DNA of 64,000 bases from Oscillospiraceae bacterium (GCA_036656515.1 JAVVOA010000001.1:18243-82242), one strand, 5' to 3'. Counted from the stretch's first letter, positions 42,462 through 51,996 are shown. The notes: a model not told the origin generated them from the letters alone. Numbers and translations: made by a program.

Positions 42462-42639
42462 GGGGGGGACGAGGGATACGAGAGTACGCGGCTTTTTGAA
42501 AAAAGCCTGGCAAAAACTTTAATGATCAGATAGGTTCCATTCCGATTTACGGTGTAGCCCATGAAAGAAGATCATTAAAGTTTTCTTTGCCTCTTTCTTT
42601 TTCAAAAGAAAGAGGACGTACCCATCGCATCCCTCCCCC
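42462..42639. mobile_element. MITE/REPIN-like element
   Basis: GTACGCGGCTTTTTGAAAAAAGCCTGGCAAAAACTTTAATGATC ... GATCATTAAAGTTTTCTTTGCCTCTTTCTTTTTCAAAAGAAAGAGG. Confidence 0.8.
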
Positions 42640-42816
42640 GGCGGGGCACAAAAGAGGCACCTGCGCATTGCAAACAATACGCAAGTGCCGATTGCCCTCC
42701 CTGTTGGGAAAGCGGTCTCGATTGCACGCCATCCTGCGCCCACGGGGCTGAGATAGGAGACCCTGCCCCGTGGCGCCCGGTCGATGGGGCGGCGCAGGTG
42801 GGGGAGGCGTGGAGGT

Positions 42817-42865
42817 GAAAAGAGAGAAGGAGGGAGGGGGGCATCGGGTTGCCTGTCCTCCCTCC
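42817..42865 (-). terminator. Terminator of the grd-like operon
   Basis: GGAGGGAGG...CCCCTCCCTCC hairpin followed by TTCTCTCTTTT on the minus strand. Confidence 0.6.
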
Positions 42866-42868
42866 GCA

Positions 42869-43975
42869 TTAAGCCTTAGGTGCGGAGGGCTTTAATTTGC
42901 GGCGGACTTCCTTCACGATGATGAAAGCCAGCAGCAGGATGCCCACATAGCCGTTGATGCCGTAGATGATGTTCACCAGCTTGTTAAAGGGCAGGAACAT
43001 GGCAACTACAGAGCCGACCACGGCGCAGACAACGGTGGTGAGCTTAAAGCTCTTGCTGCCCTCCACGGTAAACCGGGAGGAGACCTGCCACAGCAGGGGG
43101 ACGGCTGTTGTGAAGATACCGGCGAAAATAATCACCGAGAAAATCATGGACAGCCAAGAGCCGATCTGACCCGCCAAAACCAGTGCGGGAATCTGGGAAT
43201 CGGCAACCATGGGCAGATTCGCCAGCAGACCCAGCATCATGGCGGTGCAGCCCAGCGTAAAGCCGATGGCACCCACCGTGGTGCCCAGAACGCCCTCGCG
43301 CTGGCTGTTGGTGCCCTTGCCCATAGCGGCTAAAAACGCAGCCAGCCACAGCATGCAAAAGCCCACATAGGAGCCGGCGGAGGTAATGGGATTGGTGCCA
43401 GCCTGCATCACCTTGATGCTGCCGGAGGCCAGCAGAGCGGTGTTTTCCACCACGCCGCCGGGATTGGAGAAGAAGGCATAGAAGCCGAGGCAAATGGCAA
43501 AAACCGCAATGACCGGGCCCAGTTTGCCGATGACGTCGATGATACCACTCAGTCCGAAGATGGTGGTGACACAGACGAGAATCATCATGAGAACACTACC
43601 CAGCCAAGTGGGCAGACCAAAATGCTGGTTCATGGTGGCGCCAGCGCCGGCGATCATCACCACGAAGGACATGAAGACAAAGAGAATGGTAAAGTAATCA
43701 TAGAATGTGCCGATGTACTTGCCGCAGTAATATTGAAAGATATCACTGCCCTTGGCAAAGTTTTCCCGCTTGCCGGCAGAGACAAAGCAGCCGCCGACGA
43801 AAATGAACAGTAGCACGCAGATCAGAGCCACCAGCAGACCGCCGCCCAAGCCATAGGAGGCGAAATATTGCAGGACTTCCTGACCGGTGGCGAAGCCGGA
43901 GCCGATTAAAAACGCCATAAAGGCACCGGCATAGCTGAGAACCTTGCCCGGTTTGACCAGTTGTTTGTTTTCCAT
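42869..43975 (-). CDS. YkvI-like membrane transporter
   Basis: IGSGFATGQEVLQYF; about 10 TM; IFTTAVPLLW. Confidence 0.85.
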   Translation of the reverse strand: MENKQLVKPGKVLSYAGAFMAFLIGSGFATGQEVLQYFASYGLGGGLLVALICVLLFIFVGGCFVSAGKRENFAKGSDIFQYYCGKYIGTFYDYFTILFVFMSFVVMIAGAGATMNQHFGLPTWLGSVLMMILVCVTTIFGLSGIIDVIGKLGPVIAVFAICLGFYAFFSNPGGVVENTALLASGSIKVMQAGTNPITSAGSYVGFCMLWLAAFLAAMGKGTNSQREGVLGTTVGAIGFTLGCTAMMLGLLANLPMVADSQIPALVLAGQIGSWLSMIFSVIIFAGIFTTAVPLLWQVSSRFTVEGSKSFKLTTVVCAVVGSVVAMFLPFNKLVNIIYGINGYVGILLLAFIIVKEVRRKLKPSAPKA

Positions 43976-44076
43976 GGGTGCACCTCTTTCTGAAAAAAGG
44001 GGCGGTGCAATACTTCCGGGGAAGCGTCGCACCGCCCCAGGATAGCCCGATTACCGTATCAGACGAGTAGGGATGC

Positions 44077-45384
44077 TTATTCGAACACTGTCTGACCGTC
44101 CACAGGAGTTTCCAGAGCCTTCAGCGCACGCTTGACCAGCTTCATGCGGATCTTGTAGCTGCCTTCTTCACCCAGATGGGGATCGCCCAGAGGATAGGGG
44201 ATGCCGATTGCCGGGACAATTCTGTTGGCGCCGATTGTCAGGGAGATGGGCACCACGGTGCACATATGCACCACAGGAATACCGACCCGCTCAATTTCTT
44301 TTACCATCGTTGCACCGCAACGCGTGCAGGTGCCTCAGGTTGAAGTGAGGATGACGGCGCTTATCTGGTCAGCGAGAAGCTTTTTCGAGAACTCCTCACC
44401 AAACCGCTTTGCGTTGCCGGTGGAGGTGCCGGTGCCGGTGGTGGCGATGAAATAATCTGCCAGCTCGCCGATTTCGCCCTCTTTTTCCAGCTGACGCAGT
44501 GCATCCAGAGGCACCACCAGGTTGGGGTTTTCGGTGACGAAGGCACGGTCATAGCCGCCGTGAATGGTCATGAAGTCCTTGGGGCTCATGGTGTCCATGC
44601 CGGCAATGCTGTAAACGCCGTACTTGGTGGCGGAGGAGGACTCCACATGCTCGGGGTTGCCCTGGGGCACGATGCCGCCGGAGGTGACAATGGCAATCTT
44701 GGCATGCTTCATATCGACAACGGGAGCACAGGGTGCCACGCGGTCAAAGTCAGGCATGGGATACTCGGTGGTGTAGTCTGCGCCAGCCATCTTCTTCACC
44801 AGCATCTGAACGCCGCGCTCGGAGCCGCGGGTCTCGTTGAAATAGTTGGTGCGGATGCCGCGCTCCACATAGCCCTCGATGGAGGGGCCCAGGACTTCTT
44901 CGCCGGTGTACAGCTTCTTTGCCAGAGCGGCGACCTTGGGCATGGACTTGCGCATATCAGCCGCAGAGTTGGCGGTCTTGATGATGTACAGATCCTTGCG
45001 GAACATGTCAACGCCGGGGTTTTCTTCGTACATGCCGGTGATGACGGGAATCTTCAGCTCTTCTTCCACAGCCTTGGCCATGTTGCCGCAGGCAACGCCG
45101 TAACGGCCTGCGTTAAACGCGGGGCCTGCCACGAACAGCTGGGGCTTATAGCCGCGAATCATGTCCAGAAGAACCTTGGTGTCCTCCTCCATGGCGGCGC
45201 CGTAATGGCTGTCGCCGCAGATTGCGGTGGCGACCACTTCGTATGCGTCGCCCAGACCTGTCTGCAAAGCAAGGCCGGGTCCTACGGTGCCGGGGCGAAT
45301 CTCAGGGGGAATATCTGCCATTTCTTCGCCGCCGATGCCCGCAAAGAAGTTGTTGATGTAATGAACGACTCTAATTTTTTCCAT
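44077..45384 (-). CDS. Glycine/sarcosine/betaine reductase component B selenoprotein (GrdB/F/H family), Sec at TGA 44337-44335
   Basis: HYINNFFAGIGGEE, GPAFNAGRYG, HGGYD; LTST-TGA-GTCTRCGATMVKEIER = UxxCxxC joining two same-frame ORFs. Confidence 0.95.
44304..44334 (-). promoter_or_regulatory. Bacterial SECIS element
   Basis: Directly 3' of the UGA: ...CGTTGC-GGT-GCAACG hairpin. Confidence 0.75.
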
Positions 45385-45402
45385 GGAACGCACCTCCCTT
45401 TC

Positions 45403-46686
45403 TTAGTATCCCCGTGCCGCCAGCGTATTGAAGCCGTTGGCGATGGTGGATGCGATGATAATCTGAATCTCTGCCTCGATGCTGCCGTCGGCGTGCAGGC
45501 TGCCCTCGTAGCCGCCAATCTGCGTCTCGATGTAGTCCGTCATGCCGATGACCTTGTCCATGGGAGGGAAGTTCAGGATAATGTTGCCGTTGCCGCAGGA
45601 AACCAGGGCGTCTGCCTCGGGGCAGGCATCGGCGAGAGACAGGCTCTTGCCGTCGCGGCCGGGGAATTCGTCGGTGATCAGAACAACCTTAACGCCCTTT
45701 TGGCTGACCTTGTGGCAGTTCATCATCAGGTCGGTATCGGGGTTGCCGTAGCCTTCCTCAGTGATGAGGATGCCATCCAGACCCATATACTCGGCAAGCT
45801 TTGCCACCATGTCGGAGCAACGCTCCTTATCGGCCAGGAACACGTTTTCGTTGGTCAGGATGACGCCCACGAAGTTGATGTCCTTGCCATGGTGCTTATA
45901 GAGATCCTCGATGACGGGGTTGTGGAAATGGTGATAGGTGGTGACCTTATCGCAGGGGGCAACGCAGTTGCCGGAGACGATAGCACCGTCCATGATTTCC
46001 GTGGGGTACATGATGGTGGGGACGATCTGCTTGGCATCGACGCCATAGTAATAGGTGTCGTGGAGCAGTCCCTGAGACTGGAGCATATGCAGATAGCCGA
46101 CCTTGGGCAGGTTGGGATACTGGGCAATCTGCTGTGCCAGAGGCAGGGTCTCATAAGTGACGACCTCGTCGGGGGTGACATTGCGTCCGGCTTCGCCGAT
46201 ATAGGCGGCAACCTTCAGACCGACCATGCGGCCAGCGGCCTCGTAGTCATGGGTCTCAATGCCCTCCTTGGGCTCGATGACGATGCAGACGTTGTTGGTC
46301 TTGGAGAACGGGCAGTAGTCGGCAGCGATGCCGCTCATGTCGATCAGACCCTCTTGGAAGCCCACGATGCGGCCGCAGGTGACAACACAGGCGCCGTCGA
46401 GGCAATGGGTGCGGCCAGAGCCGACTTCCTTGACCTTGTTCAGGGTGCCCGGGAAAATTGCGCCGCCGGAGATCTTCACGCGGGGCTCCAGCACGTCCTT
46501 GACAGGGGTAATCCGGACGGATTCTCCGGGACGGGCAAGCTCTACCTTGACCTTGATGATACGATCGTCCTCCAGGACGAGCTGCTCAATTTCCTTTGCA
46601 CAGACATAGAGTACACCTTTTTCCACGTGAGTTTTGTCTCCGAACTGTACGTCGTGGATTTTAATTTTACCAAGTTCCAGTTTCAA
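45403..46686 (-). CDS. Reductase component B alpha/beta proprotein (GrdE/G/I family)
   Basis: TTG start after AGGAGG; RITPVKDV.EPRVK, SGNCVAPC, EEGYGNPDTD, TDE..GRDG.S. Confidence 0.93.
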   Translation of the reverse strand: MKLELGKIKIHDVQFGDKTHVEKGVLYVCAKEIEQLVLEDDRIIKVKVELARPGESVRITPVKDVLEPRVKISGGAIFPGTLNKVKEVGSGRTHCLDGACVVTCGRIVGFQEGLIDMSGIAADYCPFSKTNNVCIVIEPKEGIETHDYEAAGRMVGLKVAAYIGEAGRNVTPDEVVTYETLPLAQQIAQYPNLPKVGYLHMLQSQGLLHDTYYYGVDAKQIVPTIMYPTEIMDGAIVSGNCVAPCDKVTTYHHFHNPVIEDLYKHHGKDINFVGVILTNENVFLADKERCSDMVAKLAEYMGLDGILITEEGYGNPDTDLMMNCHKVSQKGVKVVLITDEFPGRDGKSLSLADACPEADALVSCGNGNIILNFPPMDKVIGMTDYIETQIGGYEGSLHADGSIEAEIQIIIASTIANGFNTLAARGY

Positions 46687-46735
46687 ACAGCACACCTCCT
46701 TGTTTTTTAGGGAGCGGGGCTAGGATTCAAAATGC

Positions 46736-47149
46736 TCAGGCTCCCGGCTGGCATTTCCTTGCATGGTCCAAAAAGTTTTGTATGAAAGACAGGTCGATGG
46801 TTGCAAAATCGTTCCTAATCTTTTCCGGCCAGTGAGGCGTCGCACGACAGGTGAAAAACTTTTGCGCCGCCGCAATGCTGTTCTCGATCAACTCCACGCT
46901 CTCCCAGCACTCAGCGGCGGGGGAGACAGCTCCATCCAAAACAATGGAACGGAACGGGGTCTGGTTCGGCTTCACGCTGCCTGCCATAGGATGGGTGAGA
47001 AGCTGATGTCCCAAGTGGATTTGATCGCGGACGGCATAGAGCACGTCCATGTAAGTACCCTCTGCCAGAAAGCGACAGGTCAGTTTACCATCGGCGGCGG
47101 CAACTGCTTTCTGGTTGTTGGTAATGAGAAGGGGCGGAATAAGGCTCAT
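46736..47149 (-). CDS. grdX: GrdX family protein
   Basis: LITNN, RDQIHLGHQLLTHPMAGSVKPNQTPFRS, DFATID. Confidence 0.92.
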   Translation of the reverse strand: MSLIPPLLITNNQKAVAAADGKLTCRFLAEGTYMDVLYAVRDQIHLGHQLLTHPMAGSVKPNQTPFRSIVLDGAVSPAAECWESVELIENSIAAAQKFFTCRATPHWPEKIRNDFATIDLSFIQNFLDHARKCQPGA

Positions 47150-47192
47150 GTTGATCACCTCCCAGTTTGATTTGCCCAACTGCTATAGTGTA

Positions 47193-47210
47193 ATGCAATA
47201 GGGATGCCAA
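47193..47210 (-). promoter_or_regulatory. Sigma-54 (-24/-12) promoter of the grdX operon
   Basis: TTGGCATCCCTATTGCAT = GG-N10-GC. Confidence 0.85.
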
Positions 47211-47261
47211 CTTTTTTTCGCTGGTATTTAGGCATTTTCACAAAGAAAACCACGGAATATC

Positions 47262-47305
47262 ATGCAATCTTTTGCTTGACGGGGAAATATATTTCATGGT
47301 ATGCT
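47262..47305. promoter_or_regulatory. Candidate activator binding sites overlapping the activator's own sigma-A promoter
   Basis: Palindromes GCAA-TCTT-TTGC and GAAATATATTTC overlap TTGACG-N18-TATGCT. Confidence 0.5.
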
Positions 47306-47404
47306 AGACACATCTGAAAGACAGTACCACGCGGCATAGTGGATGGCGGACAAAGCTCCGCCGGTGGAGGGCTGTCTTGTGAGGAAAGAGAGAGGCGGCG
47401 TACC

Positions 47405-48400
47405 GTGGGGGAAAAGGACGAGGAAAAGGGCATTTTTTTAAATTCCTATCTATTGCAGACAAAAAGTCCGGTGTTTCAAAAGACCATTGACTTCTGTCAA
47501 AAGGTCGCAAACAGCGATGCCAATGTGCTGCTGGCGGGGGAGTCGGGCACGGGAAAGGAAATCCTGTCCCGCCTCATCCACTGTTCCAGCAATCGCAATG
47601 ACAAGGAGTTCATCGCGGTGAATTGCAGCTCCTATGCCGCCAGCTTGTTGGAATCCGAGCTGTTTGGTCACGAGCAGGGGGCATTTACCGGCGCGACCAC
47701 CAGTAAAAAGGGAAAGTTTGAGCTGGCGGAGGGGGGCACCCTGCTGCTGGATGAGGTGGGGGACATCAGCTTGCAGACGCAAATCAAGCTGCTGCGGGTG
47801 TTGGAGACCAAGTCGGTGGAGCGGCTGGGCTCCAATGTCCAGCGGAAAATCAACTTTCGACTGATTTCCGCCACCAATGTGGATTTGCAGAGCGCGGTGG
47901 AGCAGAGCGTGTTCCGAGAGGATTTTTTCTATCGGGTCAGCACCATCGTCATCCACATCCCGCCCCTGCGGGAGCGGTTGGAGGATTTGGACGATTTGAT
48001 CACGTTTTTCCTGAAAAAATTCAGCAAGGAAAACGGCATGGAGATCCGGGAGGTCTGCCCCTCCGCCATTAAATTTTTGCATACCTATCACTATCCCGGC
48101 AATGTGCGAGAGCTGAAAAACATCATCGACCGGATGGTGGTGCTGTCTGAGAACGGCGTGATCACCGAGGACGGTGTGCCGGTGATGCACTCGTTTTACC
48201 GGGGGGGACTCCATCCCGCGGCGGCGCAGGACTATCAAAAAATCGTGCCCTTCCGCAATTTTAAGCAGGAGTCCGAGCGGACGTATCTGACGTGGGTGCT
48301 GTCCCAGACCGGGGGGAATGTGGCAGAGGCGGCGCGTCAGCTGGACATGAGCACCCGCCAGCTGTTTAACAAAATCAAGGATTTGGATATCTCCAAATAG
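47405..48400 (+). CDS. Sigma-54-dependent activator (AAA+ and Fis-type HTH only)
   Basis: GESGTGKE, GAFTGA, LLLDEV, FREDFFYR, YPGNVREL, HTH; GTG start after AGAGAGG (start uncertain). Confidence 0.92.
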   Translation: MGEKDEEKGIFLNSYLLQTKSPVFQKTIDFCQKVANSDANVLLAGESGTGKEILSRLIHCSSNRNDKEFIAVNCSSYAASLLESELFGHEQGAFTGATTSKKGKFELAEGGTLLLDEVGDISLQTQIKLLRVLETKSVERLGSNVQRKINFRLISATNVDLQSAVEQSVFREDFFYRVSTIVIHIPPLRERLEDLDDLITFFLKKFSKENGMEIREVCPSAIKFLHTYHYPGNVRELKNIIDRMVVLSENGVITEDGVPVMHSFYRGGLHPAAAQDYQKIVPFRNFKQESERTYLTWVLSQTGGNVAEAARQLDMSTRQLFNKIKDLDISK

Positions 48401-48438
48401 TGAAACAACCACCCAAACGGGTGGTTGTTTCGCGTCAC

Positions 48439-48684
48439 GGGGGAGGGATGCGTGTACTTTCTTTTGAAAAAGAAAGTACCAAAGAAAACTTTAATGATCT
48501 GGTTTGATAGGGCTGCCACCGCGAATCGGCATGGAAAATATTAGGGCAAAAATGCCAGTAGGGGCGGATGGCATCCGACCCTACGTCCGTTTTCCAATCC
48601 CCTGCCCAAACAGATCACAAAAGTTTTTGGCAGGCTTTTTTCAAAAAGCCGCGTACCCCGTACCCCCCCCCGTACTCCCCGCGT
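48439..48684. mobile_element. MITE/REPIN-like element with nested GTAG REP hairpin (48558-48584)
   Basis: Same two end types; interior homologous to 40445-40550; GTACCCC-GTACCCCCCCCC-GTACTCCCC tail. Confidence 0.8.
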
Positions 48685-50055
48685 CTATTCGTATTGCTTG
48701 CGCCCGGTGGTGCTGGGGATGTTCAGCTCGTCCCGATACTTGGCGACGGTGCGTCGTGAGAGCAGGCAGCTCTCCGCCGCCATCAGGGTGCAGAGCTTCT
48801 GATCGGAGAGTGGCTTGCGGGGATCCTCGGCGGCAATCAGGCGGCGTAGGAGTGCCTTTGCGGCATCCGGCGACGCGCCGCCCTCCTCGCCGGCGGTGTC
48901 CGGCGCGCCCAGACTGCGGGAGAAAAAGTAGGACAGGGGATAGACCCCCATGCTGCATTGCAGATACTTGTCCCGCATGGCGCGGCTGACGGTGGACTCG
49001 TGTACCTCTAATTTGCCGGCGATGTCCGCCAGCGACATGGGCAGCAGATGCCCGGCACCCTTCCGGAAAAAGGCCTCCTGCCGCTCTAAAATACATTGGG
49101 CACAGCCCAAAAGGGTGCTGCGCCGTTGTTCGATGCTGCGAATGACCCACTTCGCCTGCCGCATTTTTTCGGACAGATAGTCCCGTACCGCCGTGTCCTC
49201 CGTGTCCTTGGCAAGGCTTTGGTAATAGGCGCTCATCCGTAGAGTGGGGGAGAAATAGTCGTTGGTCAGCAGCTCGAAGTGATCGTCTATGGGAATGACG
49301 AACACGTCGGGCGTGATGTAGGTCAGCGGCTCCCGTGCGGCAAAGCCGGTGCTGGGTCTGGGATTCAGGGTTTTAATCAGGGCGCAGGCATCCCGCACGG
49401 CGTCCGGCGTGGCCTGTAGCTCCTTGGCAATCAGCCCGTAGCGACTCTTTGCCAGCGCCTCTAAATAGTGGTCGACGATCTCCAGCGCCAGCGTCTGCTC
49501 GCCGTCCTGTCGCAGTAGCTGTAGACGTAGACATTCGGACAGATTCCGCGCCGCCACACCCGCCGGCTCCAAGCTCTGGACGGCGGTCAGGGCGTGTGCC
49601 ATGCAGCGCTCTGTGCAGCCGAAGCTGGTCGCCAGCGCGGAAAGCTCCTCGTCCAGCCAGCCGTTTTCCCCCAAGCTCTCCACCAAAAACTCCGCCGCGC
49701 ACAGTTCCTCTGGCGGCAAATCCAGCTGCGGCAACTGGGCGTGTACATAGCTGTAGAGGCTCTCCGCCCCGTCGTCCACGCCGCCGTATTGCTCCAAGGG
49801 ATCGTCGTCGCTGTCCTGTCGATGGTAAAAGCTGTTCTGCACGTCGGTGGATTCCAGCCAGTCCAGCTTGTGTCGCAAAAGGGGAAACTCATCCTGAGGC
49901 GGTGATGCCGGGTCCAGTTCCAAGACCGGATTTTCCTGCACCGTCGTCTCCAAATACTCCAAAAGCTCTTGGGAACCCATTTGGAGAATCTCCATGGATT
50001 GCATCATCTGGGGCGAGAGAATTTGTGCTTGCTTGAGACTGAGATTCAATTCCAC
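48685..50055 (-). CDS. rpoN: RNA polymerase sigma-54 factor
   Basis: QSMEILQM...ENPVLE, EPAGVAAR.L.ECL, HESTVSRA, SRRTVAKYR (RpoN box). Confidence 0.97.
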   Translation of the reverse strand: MELNLSLKQAQILSPQMMQSMEILQMGSQELLEYLETTVQENPVLELDPASPPQDEFPLLRHKLDWLESTDVQNSFYHRQDSDDDPLEQYGGVDDGAESLYSYVHAQLPQLDLPPEELCAAEFLVESLGENGWLDEELSALATSFGCTERCMAHALTAVQSLEPAGVAARNLSECLRLQLLRQDGEQTLALEIVDHYLEALAKSRYGLIAKELQATPDAVRDACALIKTLNPRPSTGFAAREPLTYITPDVFVIPIDDHFELLTNDYFSPTLRMSAYYQSLAKDTEDTAVRDYLSEKMRQAKWVIRSIEQRRSTLLGCAQCILERQEAFFRKGAGHLLPMSLADIAGKLEVHESTVSRAMRDKYLQCSMGVYPLSYFFSRSLGAPDTAGEEGGASPDAAKALLRRLIAAEDPRKPLSDQKLCTLMAAESCLLSRRTVAKYRDELNIPSTTGRKQYE

Positions 50056-50092
50056 GGTGATTCCCCCCCTTCGTTTGTGGATACTTGTTAAT

Positions 50093-50121
50093 ATTGTATC
50101 ACAGAAGCCGGCCGGGTTCAA
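50093..50121 (-). promoter_or_regulatory. Sigma-A promoter of rpoN
   Basis: TTGAAC-N17-TACAAT with TG extension. Confidence 0.65.
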
Positions 50122-50136
50122 TTTGTAAAATGCATT

Positions 50137-50154
50137 TTGGCACAGTTTTTGCTA
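50137..50154 (+). promoter_or_regulatory. Sigma-54 site on the strand opposite rpoN
   Basis: TTGGCACAGTTTTTGCTA matches TGGCAC-N5-TTGC. Confidence 0.75.
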
Positions 50155-50358
50155 ATTTTACAGTGATTTTGCCCGAAGATGTCGGGGATTGCCAATACCG
50201 CACCTGCAATGGGGTGTTGTAACCGATAAAAGGCAGAGCGGGAACTTGTGGACGCATCCAGTCCGGACAGAGCAAGGCTCCCTCTATGCGGGCAGTGCTG
50301 TTCCACTGTCCTTCATAGAGGGAGCCTATCAAATCACATAGGTGCGCAGGTGGCCTTT

Positions 50359-51024
50359 TTATGCCTCGGTGGGATCCTGCTCGGTGGGACTGGTGCGGGG
50401 ATGCTCCCGGTGCTGAATGATTTCCCGAATCAGCTCCACGGTGCCGCCCTCGCCCAAATAGCTGCAATCCAAGCAGTAGTCATAGCTGCCCACAGCACCC
50501 CATTTCTGGGAGGAGTAGTATTCATAGTAGGAGGAGCGGCGCTTATCCGTCTTGCTGATGATCGCCCGCGCCCTGTCGTGGGTCACGCCCTTTTTGCGCA
50601 TGACCCGCTCGATGCGTTTTTCCAGCGGTGCGTAAAGAAAGAGGTTCAGGTGGTTGGGATAGTCCCGCAGGGCATAGTCCGCACAGCGTCCGATGATGAC
50701 GCAGGGACCCTCGTCCGCCAGACGGCGGATGGTGTCGAAGGTGGCGAGATAGACCTTTTGCTCCAGAGAATCGTTCTCCATACCGCCGGAAAAGGAGAAG
50801 GCATAGGGATCCATCGCGATGGAAAACAGCAGGCTCCGGGGCTTTTCATCAAAATTTTCAAATACCTTTTCGCACAGCCCACTCTGGTCTGCCGCGCGCT
50901 TTAACAGCTCTTTGTCATAAAACGGAATCCCCAGCTCCCGCGCCAGTCGGATGCCGACTTCCTTGCCGCCGCTCCCGTACTGTCTGCCGATGGTGATGAT
51001 GGTATTGGTTTTGTCTATGTCCAT
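50359..51024 (-). CDS. Cytidylate kinase-like family protein
   Basis: ITIGRQYGSGG, VIIGRCADY, DKRRSSYY. Confidence 0.9.
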   Translation of the reverse strand: MDIDKTNTIITIGRQYGSGGKEVGIRLARELGIPFYDKELLKRAADQSGLCEKVFENFDEKPRSLLFSIAMDPYAFSFSGGMENDSLEQKVYLATFDTIRRLADEGPCVIIGRCADYALRDYPNHLNLFLYAPLEKRIERVMRKKGVTHDRARAIISKTDKRRSSYYEYYSSQKWGAVGSYDYCLDCSYLGEGGTVELIREIIQHREHPRTSPTEQDPTEA

Positions 51025-51087
51025 AGTCACATCTCCTTTGCAATTACTGCTTTGCTCCCTCTATTATAGAACGAAATCCCCACAGCG

Positions 51088-51969
51088 TCAATCTTCTTGT
51101 TTGGACGCGCCGCCGTCCGACTCGTCCCACAGCGGCGACGGGTCATCGTATCGATCCAAAAAGGAATGGGTCTCCCCCCGGTATTTATAGCCGACGAAGG
51201 TGTCCAAGCTGACGGAGTGGATGGCGCGGAAAATGCTTTTTTCAATGTTGGGATTGGTCTGCTTCAGCTGCCGCAGCAGCTCCTTCATCTCGCGGCGCTT
51301 AGAGGTCTGCTCCGTGTCCGACCGCTCGGTCAGGCGGCAGGCGCACTGCAAAAAGGACAGCCCGTTATAGCGCTGCCACGCCAGAATGTCGTCCTCGTGG
51401 ATGCAATACAGGGGGCGGATCAGCTCCATGCCGGGAAAGTTTTTGCTGTGGAGCTTGGGGGGCATGGCCTGAAGCTGTGCCCCATAGAACAGACCCAACA
51501 GCGTGGTTTCGATCACATCGCTGAAATGATGTCCCAGGGCGATTTTGTTACAGCCCAGCTCCTGCGCCCGATTGTACAGGAAGCCCCGCCGCATCCGGGC
51601 GCAGAGATAGCAGGGGTTGCGGTCGGTGTCTGCCGTCACAGAGAAAATGTCGCTGTCAAAGATCTGAATGGGGAGCTGTAGCAGTGCCGCGTTGGACACC
51701 AGCCGGGCGCGGTTGGCGGCGGTATAGCCGGGATCCATCACCAGAAACACCAGCTCAAAGGACACCACGCTGTGCCTTTGCAGCTCCTGCATCAGCTTCG
51801 CCAGCAGCATGGAGTCCTTGCCGCCGGAGATGCAGACCGCGATTTTGTCCCCTGCGGCAATCAGCTCATAGCGCTTCACCGCCGCAATAAAGGGCTTCCA
51901 CAGCGCCCGCCGGTATTTCTTAATGAGACTGCGCTCCACCATCTGGCAGAGGTTTTCCGTATCTCTCAT
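51088..51969 (-). CDS. ttcA: TtcA-family tRNA thiolation protein (PP-loop)
   Basis: SGGKDS, CYLCARMRRG, ALGHH, IRPL. Confidence 0.85.
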   Translation of the reverse strand: MRDTENLCQMVERSLIKKYRRALWKPFIAAVKRYELIAAGDKIAVCISGGKDSMLLAKLMQELQRHSVVSFELVFLVMDPGYTAANRARLVSNAALLQLPIQIFDSDIFSVTADTDRNPCYLCARMRRGFLYNRAQELGCNKIALGHHFSDVIETTLLGLFYGAQLQAMPPKLHSKNFPGMELIRPLYCIHEDDILAWQRYNGLSFLQCACRLTERSDTEQTSKRREMKELLRQLKQTNPNIEKSIFRAIHSVSLDTFVGYKYRGETHSFLDRYDDPSPLWDESDGGASKQED

Positions 51970-51996
51970 GCATCCTTCTCTTTCCTGTTGTGTGCG

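Noticed and set aside
44077-44307. Separate 76-aa gene, or a pseudogene call for the GrdB-like gene
   Set aside because: It is the post-UGA part of the selenoprotein
48402-48431. GAAACAACCACCC-AAAC-GGGTGGTTGTTTC palindrome as a mobile element end
   Set aside because: Single copy right after a stop codon; best explained as a terminator
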